Part shown: piece after piece, positions 28,741 through 40,699 of the stretch
Numbering within the stretch: position 1 is the first letter of the stretch
Layout of the letters: the number at the start of each line of letters is the position of its first letter
Origin: Azolla caroliniana
Lineage: Eukaryota > Plantae > Polypodiophyta
Assembly: GCA_043228905.1 (NCBI GenBank)
Contig: JBHGNT010000010.1
Location: 248,001-312,000 of the forward strand
Length of the DNA stretch: 64,000 nucleotides
Reading direction: 5' to 3'
Notes under the pieces: model-generated
Told to the model about the DNA's origin: nothing
Seen by the model: only the letters and a program-made list of their open reading frames with translations
The model's database searches: none
Program-made: the position numbers and the translations under genes

Positions 28741-31299
28741 TACTCACGGGCTCCTCTCAACTCCCTCCTCAAATTTGGTAATTTCTTCATGTCTCTCGAC
28801 CTGAGTTTCAAAATCTTGATTTTTTAATTCCATATCATAGGTAGCGTTGTTAGCTTCGAATCGCAAGTTTGAACACAGAATTTCGGGATCACACGAGCCA
28901 GGTATGAACATTTTAATTTATTCACGCGCTCTTCTCAACTCCCTCCTCAAATTTGGTAATTTCTTCATGTCTCTCGACCTGAGTTTCAAAATCTTGATTT
29001 TTTAATTCTATATCATAGGTAGCGTTGTTAGCTTCGAATCGCATGTTTGAACACAAAAATCCGGGATCACACGAGCCAGGTATGAACATTTTAATTTACT
29101 CACGGGCTCCTCTCAACTCCCTCCTCAAATTTGGTAATTTCTTCATGTCTCTCGACCTGAGTTTCAAAATCTTGAATTTTTAATTCCATATCATAGGTAG
29201 CGTTGTTAGCTTCGAATCGCAAGTTTGAACACAGAATTTCGGGATCACACGAGCCAGGTATGAACATTTTAATTTACTCACGGGCTCCTCTCAACTCTCT
29301 CCTCAAATTTGGTAATTTCTTCATGTCTCTCGACCTGAGTTTCAAAATCTTGATTTTTTAATTCTATATCATAGGTAGCGTTGTTAGCTTCGAATCGCAT
29401 GTTTGAACACAAAAATCCGGGATCACACGAGGCAGGTATGAACATTTTAATTTACTCACGGGCTCTTCTCAACTCCTTGCTCAAATTTGGTAATTTCTTC
29501 ATGTCTCTCGACCTGAGTTTCAAAATCTTGATTTTTTAATTCCATATCATAGGTAGCGTTGTTAGCTTCGAACCGCATGTTTGAACACAAAAATCCGGGA
29601 TCACACGAGCCAGGTATGAACATTTTAATTTACTCACGCGCTCTTCTCAACTCCCTCTTCAAATTTGGTAATTTCTTCATGTCTCTCGACCTAAGTTTCA
29701 AAATCTTGATTTTTTAATTCGATATCATAGGTAGCGTTGTTAGCTTCGAATCGCATGTTTGAACACAAAAATCCGGGATCACACGAGCCAGGTATGAACA
29801 TTTTAATTTACTCACGGGCTCCTCTCAACTCCCTCCTCAAATTTGGTATTTTCTTCATGTCTCTCGACCTGAGTTTCAATATCCTGATTTTTTAATTCCA
29901 TATTCTAGGTAGCGTTGTTAGCTTCGAATCGCATGTTTGAACACAAAAATCCGAGATCACACGAGCCAGGTATGAACATTTTAAATTAGTCACGGACTCT
30001 TCTCATCTCCTTCTTCTAACTTGCCAATTTCTTCATGTCTCTCGACCTGAGTTTCAAAATCTTGATTTTTTAATTCCATATTCTAGGTAGCGTTGTTAGC
30101 TTCGAATCGCAAGTTTGAACCCAAAAATCCGAGATCACACGAGCCAGGTATGAACATTTTAAATTAGTCACGGGCTCAAATTTGGTAATTTCTTCATGTC
30201 TCGCGACCTGCGTCTCAAAATCTTGATTTTTTAATTCCATATCATAGGTATCGTTGTTAGCTTCGATTCGCATGTTTGAACACAGAAATCCGAGATCACA
30301 CGAGCCAGGTATGAACATTTTAAATTAGTCACGGGCTCTTCTCAACTCCTTGCTCAAATTTGGTAATTTCTTCATGTCTCGCGACCTGCGTTTCAAAATC
30401 TTGATTTTTTAATTCCATATGATAGGTAGCGTTGTTAGCTTCGAATCGCATGTTTGAACACAAAAATCCGGGATCACACGAGCCAGGTATGAACATTTTA
30501 ATTTACTCACGGGCTCCTCTCAACTCCCTCCTCAAATTTGGTAATTTCTTCATGTCTCTCGACCTGAGTTTCAAAATCTTGAATTTTTAATTCCATATCA
30601 TAGGTAGCGTTGTTAGCTTCGAATCGCAAGTTTGAACACAGAATTTCGGGATCACACGAGCCAGGTATGAACATTTTAATTTACTCACGGGCTCCTCTCA
30701 ACTCCCTCCTCAAATTTGGTAATTTCTTCATGTCTCTCGACCTGAGTTTCAAAATCTTGATTTTTTAATTCTATATCATAGGTAGCGTTGTTAGCTTCGA
30801 ATCGCATGTTTGAACACAAAAATCCGGGATCACACGAGGCAGGTATGAACATTTTAATTTACTCACGGGCTCCTCTCAACTCCCTCCTCAAATTTGGTAA
30901 TTTCTTCATGTCTCTCGACCTGAGTTTCAAAATCTTGATTTTTTAATTCCATATCTTAGGTAGCGTTGTTAGCTTCGATTCGCATGTTTGAACACAAAAA
31001 TCCGGGATAACACGAGGCAGGTATGAACATTTTAATTTACTCACGGGCTCCTCTCAACTCCCTCCTCAAATTTGGTAATTTCTTCATGTCTCTCGACCTG
31101 AGTTTCAAAATCTTCATTTTTTAATTCCATATCATAGGTAGTGTTGTTAGCTTCGATTCGCATCTTTGAACACAAAAATCTGGTATCACACGAGCCAGGT
31201 ATGAAAATTTTAAATTAGTCACGGGCTCTTCTCAACTCCCTCCTCAAATTTGGTAATTTCTTCATGTCTCTCGCCCTGAGTTTCAAAATCTTGATTTTT

Positions 31300-34150
31300 T
31301 AATTCCATATCTTAGGTAGCGTTGTTAGCTTCGAATCGCAAGTTTGAACACAAAAATCCGTGATCACACGAGCCAGGTATGAACATTTTAATTTACTCAC
31401 GGGCTCCTCTCAACTCCCTCCTAAAATGTGGTAATTTCTTCATGTCTCTCGACCTGAGTTTCAAAATCTTGATTTTTTAATTCTATATCATAGGTAGCGT
31501 TGTTAGCTTCGTATCACATGTTTGAACACAAAAATCCGATATCACATGGGCCAGGTATGAACATTTTAATTTACTCACGGGCTCTTCTCAACTCCCTCTT
31601 CTAACTTGCCAATTTCTTCATGTCTCTCGCCCTGAGTTTTGAAAATCTTGATTTTTTAATTCCATATCTTAGGTAGCGTTGTTAGCTTCGAATCGCAAGT
31701 TTGAACACAGAAATCCGAGATCACACGAGCCAGGTATGAACATTTTAATTTATTCACGCGCTCTTCTCAACTCCCTCTTCTAACTTGCCAATTTCTTCAT
31801 GTCTCTCGACCTGAGTTTCAAAATCTTGATTTTTTAATTCCATATCATAGGTAGCGTTGTTAGCTTCGATTCGCATGTTTGAACACAGAAATCCGGGATC
31901 ACACGAGCCAGGTATGAACATTTTAATTTACTCACGGGCTCCTCTCAACTCCCTCCTCAAATTTGGTAATTTCTTCATGTCTCTCGACCTGAGTTTCAAA
32001 ATCTTCATTTTTTAATTCCATATCATAAGTAGCGTTGTTAGCTTCGAATCGCAAGTTTGCACACAGAAATTCGGAAGCACACGAGCCAGGTATGAACATT
32101 TTAATTTATTCACGCGCTCTTCTCAACTCCCTCCTCAAATTTGGTAATTTCTTCATGTCTCTCGACCTGAGTTTCAAAATCCGAATTTTTTAATTCTATA
32201 TCATAGCTAGCATTGTTAGCTTCGATTCGCATCTTTGAACACAAAAAACCGGGGTCACACGAGCCAGGTATGAACATTTTAATTTACTCAAGCGCTCTTC
32301 TCAACTCCCTCTTCAAATTTGGTAATTTCTTCATGTCTCTCGACCTGAGTTTCAAAATCTTGATTTTTTAATTCTATATCATAGGTAGCGTTGTTAGCTT
32401 CGAATCGCATGTTTGAACACAAAAATCCGGGAACACACGAGCCAGGTATGAACATTTTAATTTACTCACGGGCTCCTCTCAACTCCCTCCTCAAATTTGG
32501 TAATTTCTTCATGACTCTCGACCTGAGTTTCAATATCCTGATTTTTTAATTCCATATTCTAGGTAGCGTTGTTAGCTTCGAATCGCATGTTTGAACACAA
32601 AAATCCGAGATCACACGAGCCAGGTATGAACATTTTAAATTAGTCACGGACTCTTCTCAACTCCTTCTTCTAACTTGCCAATTTCTTCATGTCTCTCGAC
32701 CTGAGTTTCAAAATCTTGATTTTTTAATTCCATATCTTAGGTAGCGTTGTTAGCTTCGAATCGCAAGTTTGAACACAAAAATCCGTGATCACACGAGCCA
32801 GGTATGAACATTTTAATTTACTCACGGGCTCCTCTCAACTCCCTCCTAAAATGTGGTAATTTCTTCATGTCTCTCGACCTGAGTTTCAAAATCTTGATTT
32901 TTTAATTCTATATCATAGGTAGCGTTGTTAGCTTCGTATCACATGTTTGAACACAAAAATCCGATATCACATGGGCCAGGTATGAACATTTTAATTTACT
33001 CACGGGCTCTTCTCAACTCCCTCTTCTAACTTGCCAATTTCTTCATGTCTCTCGCCCTGAGTTTCAAAATCTTGATTTTTTAATTCCATATCTTAGGTAG
33101 CGTTGTTAGCTTCGAATCGCAAGTTTGAACACAGAAATCCGAGATCACACGAGCCAGGTATGAACATTTTAATTTATTCACGCGCTCTTCTCAACTCCCT
33201 CTTCTAACTTGCCAATTTCTTCATGTCTCTCGACCTGAGTTTCAAAATCTTGATTTTTTAATTCCATATCATAGGTAGCGTTGTTAGCTTCGATTCGCAT
33301 GTTTGAACACAGAAATCCGGGATCACACGAGCCAGGTATGAACATTTTAATTTACTCACGGGCTCCTCTCAACTCCCTCCTCAAATTTGGTAATTTCTTC
33401 ATGTCTCTCGACCTGAGTTTCAAAATCTTGAATTTTTAATTCCATATCATAAGTAGCGTTGTTAGCTTCGAATCGCAAGTTTGCACACAGAAATTCGGAA
33501 GCACACGAGCCAGGTATGAACATTTTAATTTATTCACGCGCTCTTCTCAACTCCCTCCTCAAATTTGGTAATTTCTTCATGTCTCTCGACCTGAGTTTCA
33601 AAATCCGAATTTTTTAATTCTATATCATAGCTAGCATTGTTAGCTTCGATTCGCATCTTTGAACACAAAAAACCGGGGTCACACGAGCCAGGTATGAACA
33701 TTTTAATTTACTCAAGCGCTCTTCTCAACTCCCTCTTCAAATTTGGTAATTTCTTCATGTCTCTCGACCTGAGTTTCAAAATCTTGATTTTTAAATTCTA
33801 TATCATAGGTAGCGTTGTTAGCTTCGAATCGCATGTTTGAACACAAAAATCCGGGAACACACGAGCCAGGTATGAACATTTTAATTTACTCACGGGCTCC
33901 TCTCAACTCCCTCCTCAAATTTGGTAATTTCTTCATGACTCTCGACCTGAGTTTCAATATCCTGATTTTTTAATTCCATATTCTAGGTAGCGTTGTTAGC
34001 TTCGAATCGCATGTTTGAACACAAAAATCCGAGATCACACGAGCCAGGTATGAACATTTTAAATTAGTCACGGACTCTTCTCAACTCCTTCTTCTAACTT
34101 GCCAATTTCTTCATGTCTCTCGACCTGAGTTTCAAAATCTTGATTTTTTA
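31300..34150. repeat. 8-mer tandem duplication (period 1424-1425 bp)
   Basis: CCGTGATC variant T at 31361/32786; AAGTAGCG at 32027/33451. Confidence 0.85.
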
Positions 34151-36300
34151 ATTCCATATCATAGGTAGCGTTGTTAGCTTCGAATCGCATGTTTGAACAC
34201 AAAAATCCGATATCACATGCGCCAGGTATAAACATTTTAATTTACTCACGGGCTCTTCTCAACTCCCTCTTCTAACTTGCCAATTTCTTCATATCTCTCG
34301 ACCTGAGTTTCAAAATCTTGATTTTTAATTCCATATCATAGGTAGCGTTGTTAGCTTCAATTCGCCTGTTTGAACACAGAAATCCGGGATCACACGAGCC
34401 GGGTATGAACATTTTAATTTATTCACGCGCTCTTATCAACTCCCTCCTCAAATTTGGTAATTTCTTCATGTCTCTCGACCTGAGTTTCAAAATCTGAATT
34501 TTTTAATTCTATATCATAGCTAGCATTGTTAACTTCGATTCGCATCTTTGAACACAAAAAACCGGGGTCACACGAGCCAGGTATGAACATTTTAATTTAC
34601 TCAAGCGCTCTTCTCAACTCCCTCTTCAAATTTGGTAATTTCTTCATGTCTCTCGACCTGAGTTTCAAAATCTTGATTTTTTAATTCTATATCATAGGTA
34701 GCGTTGTTAGCTTCGATTCGCATCTTTGAACACAAAAATCCGGGATTACACGAGCCAGGTATGAACATTTTAATTTACTCACGCGCTCTTCTCAACTCCC
34801 TCTTCAAATTTGGTAATTTCTTCATGTCTCTCGACCTGAGTTTCAATATCTTGATTGTTTAATTCCATATCATAGGTAGCGTTGTTAGCTTCGATTCGCA
34901 AGTTTGAACACAAAAATCCGAGATCACACGAGCCAGGTATGAACATTTTAAATTAGTCACGGACTCTTCTCAACTCCTTCTTCTAACTTGCCAATTTCTT
35001 CATGTCTCTCGACCTGAGTTTCAAAATCTTGATTTTTTAATTCCATATCATAGGTAGCGTTGTTAGCTTCGAATCGCATGTTTGAACACAAAAATCCGAT
35101 ATCACATGCGCCAGGTATAAACATTTTAATTTACTCACGGGCTCTTCTCAACTCCCTCTTCTAACTTGCCAATTTCTTCATATCTCTCGACCTGAGTTTC
35201 AAAATCTTGATTTTTAATTCCATATCATAGGTAGCGTTGTTAGCTTCAATTCGCCTGTTTGAACACAGAAATCCGGGATCACACGAGCCGGGTATGAACA
35301 TTTTAATTTATTCACGCGCTCTTATCAACTCCCTCCTCAAATTTGGTAATTTCTTCATGTCTCTCGACCTGAGTTTCAAAATCTGAATTTTTTAATTCTA
35401 TATCATAGCTAGCATTGTTAACTTCGATTCGCATCTTTGAACACAAAAAACCGGGGTCACACGAGCCAGGTATGAACATTTTAATTTACTCAAGCGCTCT
35501 TCTCAACTCCCTCTTCAAATTTGGTAATTTCTTCATGTCTCTCGACCTGAGTTTCAAAATCTTGATTTTTTAATTCTATATCATAGGTAGCGTTGTTAGC
35601 TTCGAATCGCATGTTTGAACACAAAAATCCGGGAACACACGAGCCAGGTATGAACATTTTAATTTACTCACGGGCTCCTCTCAACTCCCTCCTCAAATTT
35701 GGTAATTTCTTCATGACTCTCGACCTGAGTTTCAATATCCTGATTTTTTAATTCCATATTCTAGGTAGCGTTGTTAGCTTCGAATCGCATGTTTGAACAC
35801 AAAAATCCGAGATCACACGAGCCAGGTATGAACATTTTAAATTAGTCACGGACTCTTCTCAACTCCTTCTTCTAACTTGCCAATTTCTTCATGTCTCTCG
35901 ACCTGAGTTTCAAAATCTTGATTTTTTAATTCCATATCATAGGTAGCGTTGTTAGCTTCGAATCGCAAGTTTGAACACAAAAATCCGATATCACATGCGC
36001 CAGGTATAAACATTTTAATTTACTCACGGGCTCTTCTCAACTCCCTCTTCTAACTTGCCAATTTCTTCATATCTCTCGACCTGAGTTTCAAAATCTTGAT
36101 TTTTAATTCCATATCATAGGTAGCGTTGTTAGCTTCGATTCGTCTGTTTGAACACAGAAATCCGGGATCACACGAGCCGGGTATGAACATTTTAATTTAT
36201 TCACGCGCTCTTATCAACTCCCTCCTCAAATTTGGTAATTTCTTCATGTCTCTCGACCTGAGTTTCGAAATCTTGATTTTTTAATTCTATATCATAGCTA
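34000..36300. repeat. 5-mer higher-order unit, about three copies (period 889 bp)
   Basis: CTTATCAAC variant A at 34435/35324/36213 (5x178-1), each with GCCGGGTATG, GGTATAAAC and CATATCTC variants. Confidence 0.85.
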
Positions 36301-39300
36301 GCATTGTTAGCTTCGATTCGCATCTTTGAACACAAAAATCCGGAATCACACGAGCCAGGTATGAACATTTTAATTTACTCATGCGCTCTTCTCAACTCCC
36401 TCCTAAAATGTGGTAATTTCTTCATGTCTCTCGACCTGAGTTTCAAAATCTTGATTTTTTAATTCTATATCATAGGTAGCGTTGTTAGCTTCGTATCACA
36501 TGTTTGAACACAAAAATCCGATATCACATGGGCCAGATATGAACATTTTAATTTACTCACGGGCTCTTCTCAACTCCCTCTTCTAACTTGCCAATTTCTT
36601 CATGTCTCTCGCCCTGAGTTTCAAAATCTTGATTTTTTAATTCCATATCTTAGGTAGCGTTGTTAGCTTCGAATCGCAAGTTTGAACACAAAAATCCGTG
36701 ATCACACGAGCCAGGTATGAACATTTTAATTTACTCACGGGCTCCTCTCAACTCCCTCCTCAAATTTGGTAATTTCTTCATGTCTCTCGACCTGAGTTTC
36801 AAAATCTTGATTTTTTAATTCCATATCATAGGTAGCGTTGTTAGCTTCGAATCGCAAGTTTGAACACAGAATTTCGGGATCACACGAGCCAGGTATGAAC
36901 ATTTTAATTTATTCACGCGCTCTTCTCAACTCCCTCCTCAAATTTGGTAATTTCTTCATGTGTCTTGACCTGAGTTTCAAAATCTTGATTTTTTAATTCT
37001 ATATCATAGCTAGTGTTGTTAGCTTCGATTCGCATCTTTGAACACAAAAATCCGGGATCACACGAGCCAGGTATGAACATTTTAATTTACTCACGCGCTC
37101 TTCTCAACTCCCTCTTCAAATTTGGTAATTGCTTCATGTCTCTCGACCTGAGTTTCAAAATCTTGATTTTTTTATTCTATATCATAGGTAGTGTTGTTAG
37201 CTTCGAATCACATGTTTGAATACAAAAATCCGGGATCACACGAGCCAGGTACGAACATTTTAATTTACTCACGGGCTCCTCTCAACTCCCTCCTCAAATT
37301 TGGTAATTTCTTCATGTCTCTCGACCTGAGTTTCAATATCTTGATTTTTTAATTCCATATCTTAGGTAACGTTGTTAGCTTCGAATCGCAAGTTTGAACA
37401 CAAAAATCCGAGATCACACGAGCCAGGTATGAACATTTTAAATTAGTCACGGGCTCTTCTCAACTCCTTCTTCTAACTTGCCAATTTCTTCATGTCTCTC
37501 GACCTGAGTTTCAATATCTTGATTGTTTAATTCCATATCATAGGTAGCGTTGTTAGCTTCGATTCGCAAGTTTGAACACAAAAATCCGAGATCACACGAG
37601 CCAGGTATGAACATTTTAATTACTGATGCGCTCTTCTCAACTCCCTCCTAAAATTTGGTAATTTCTTCATGTCTCTCGACCTGAGTTTCAAAATCTTGAT
37701 TTTTTAATTCCATATCATAGGTAGCGTTGTTAGCTTCGATTCGCATCTTTGAACACAAAAATCCGGGATCACACGAGCCAGGTATGAACATTTTAATTTA
37801 CTCACGCGCTCTTCTCAACTCCCTCTTCAAATTTGGTAATTTCTTCATGTCTCTCGACCTGAGTTTCAAAATCTTGATTGTTTAATTCCATATCATAGGT
37901 AGCGTTGTTAGCTTCGATTCGCAAGTTTGAACACAAAAATCCGAGATCACACGAGCCAGGTATGAACATTTTAATTTACTCTCCGGCTCTTCTCAACTCC
38001 CTCTTCTAACTTGCCAATTTCTTCATGTCTCTCGACCTGAGTTTCAAAATCTTGATTTTTTAATTCCATATCATAGGTAGCGTTGTTAGCTTCGATTCGC
38101 ATGTTTGAACACAGAAATCCGGGATCACACGAGCCAGGTATGAACATTTTAATTTACTCACGGGCTCCTCTCAACTCCCTCCTCAAATTTGGTAATTTCT
38201 TCATGTCTCTCGACCTGAGTTTCAAAATCTTCATTTTTTAATTTCATATCATAAGTAGCGTTGTTAGCTTCGAATCGCAAGTTTGCACACAGAAATTCGG
38301 AAGCACACGAGCCAGGTATGAACATTTTAATTTATTCACGCGCTCTTCTCAACTCCCTCCTCAAATTTGGTAATTTCTTCATGTCTCTCGACCTGAGTTT
38401 CAAAATCCGAATTTTTTAATTCTATATCATAGCTAGCATTGTTAGCTTCGATTCGCATGTTTGAACACAAAAAACCGGGGTCACACGAGCCAGGTATGAA
38501 CATTTTAATTTACTCAAGCGCTCTTCTCAACTCCCTCTTCAAATTTGGTAATTTCTTCATGTCTCTCGACCTGAGTTTCAAAATCTTGATTTTTTAATTC
38601 TATATCATAGGTAGCGTTGTTAGCTTCGAATCGCATGTTTGAATACAAAAATCCGGGAACACACGAGCCAGGTATGAACATTTTAATTTACTCACGGGCT
38701 CCTCTCAACTCCCTCCTAAAATTTGGTAATTTCTTCATGACTCTCGACCTGAGTTTCAATATCCTGATTTTTTAATTCCATATTCTAGGTAGCGTTGTTA
38801 GCTTCGAATCACAAGTTTGAACACAAAAATCCGAGATCACACGAGCCAGGTATGAACATTTTAAATTAGTCACGGACTCTTCTCAACTCCTTCTTCTAAA
38901 TTGCCAATTTCTTCATGTCTCTCGACCTGAGTTTCAAAATCTTGATTTTTTAATTCCATATCATAGGTAGCGTTGTTAGCTTCGAATCGCATGTTTGAAC
39001 ACAGAAATCCGGGATCACACGAGGCAGGTATGAACATTTTAATTTATTCACGCGCTCTTCTCAACTCCCTCCTCAAATTTGGTAATTTCTTCATGTCTCT
39101 CGACCTGAGTTTCAAAATCTTGATTTCTTAATTCTATATCATAGCTAGCAGTGTTAGCTTCGATTCGCATCTTTGAACACAAAAATCTGGTATCACACGA
39201 GCCAGGTATGAAAATTTTAAATTAGTCACGGGCTCTTCTCAACTCCCTCCTCAAATTTGGTAATTTCTTCATGTCTCTCGACCTGAGTTTCAAAATCTTG

Positions 39301-40699
39301 ATTTTTAATTCCATATCATAGGTAGCGTTGTTAGCTTCGATTCGCAAGTTTGAACACAAAAATCCGAGATCACACGAGCCAGGTATGAACATTTTAATTA
39401 CTCATGCGCTCTTCTCAACTCCCTCCTAACATTTGGTAATTTCTTCATGTCTCTCGACCTGAGTTTCAAAATCTTGATTTTTTAATTCCATATCATAGGT
39501 AGCGTTTTGAGCTTCGATTCGCATGTTTGAACACAAAAATCCGATATCACATGGGCCAGGTATGAACATTTTAATTTACTCACGGGCTCTTCTCAACTCC
39601 CTCTTCTTACTTGCCAATTTCTTCATGTCTCTCGACCTGAGTTTCAAAATCTTGATTTTTTAATTCCATATCATAGGTAGCGTTGTTAGCTTCGATTCGC
39701 ATGTTTGAACACAGAAATCCGGGATCACACGAGCCAGGTATGAACATTTTAATTTACTCACGGGCTCCTCTCAACTCCTTCTTCTAACTTGCCAATTTCT
39801 TCATGTCTCTCGACCTGAGTTTCAAAATCTTGATTTTTTAATTCCATATCATAGGTAGCGTTTTTAGCTTCGATTCGCATCTTTGAACACATAAATCCGG
39901 GATCACACGAGCCAGGTATGAACATTTTAATTTACTCACGCGCTCTTCTCAACTCCCTCTTCAAATTTGGTAATTGTTAGCTGTCTCTCGACCTGAGTTT
40001 CAAAATCTTGATTTTTTTATTCTATATCATAGGTAGCATTGTTAGCTTCGAATCACATGTTTGAACACAAAAATCCGGGATCACACGAGCCAGGTATGAA
40101 CATTTTAATTTACTCACGGGCTCCTCTCAACTCCCTCCTCAAATTTGGTAATTTCTTCATGTCTCTCGACCTGAGTTTTAATATTTTGATTTTTTAATTC
40201 CATAGTCTAGGTAGCGTTGTTAGCTTCGAATCGCAAGTTTGAACACAAAAATCCGAGATCACACGAGCCAGGTATGAACATTTTAAATTAGTCACGGGCT
40301 CTTCTCAACTCCTTCTTCTAACTTGCCAATTTCTTCATGTCTCTCGACCTGAGTTTCAAAATCTTGATTTTTTAATTCCATATCATAGGTAGCGTTGTTA
40401 GCTTCGAATCGCATGTTTGAACACAAAAATCCGATATCACATGCGCCAGGTATGAACATTTTAATTTACTCACGGGGTCTTCTCAACTCCCTCTTCTAAC
40501 TTGCCAATTTCTTCATGTCTGTCGACCTGAGTTTCAAAATCTTGATTTTTTAATTCCATATCATAGGTAGCGTTGTTAGCTTCGATTCGCATGTTTGAAC
40601 ACAGAAATCCGGGATCACACGAGCCAGGGATGAACATTTTAATTTACTCACGGGCTCCTCTCAACTCCTTCTTCTAACTTGCCAATTTCTTCATGTCTC

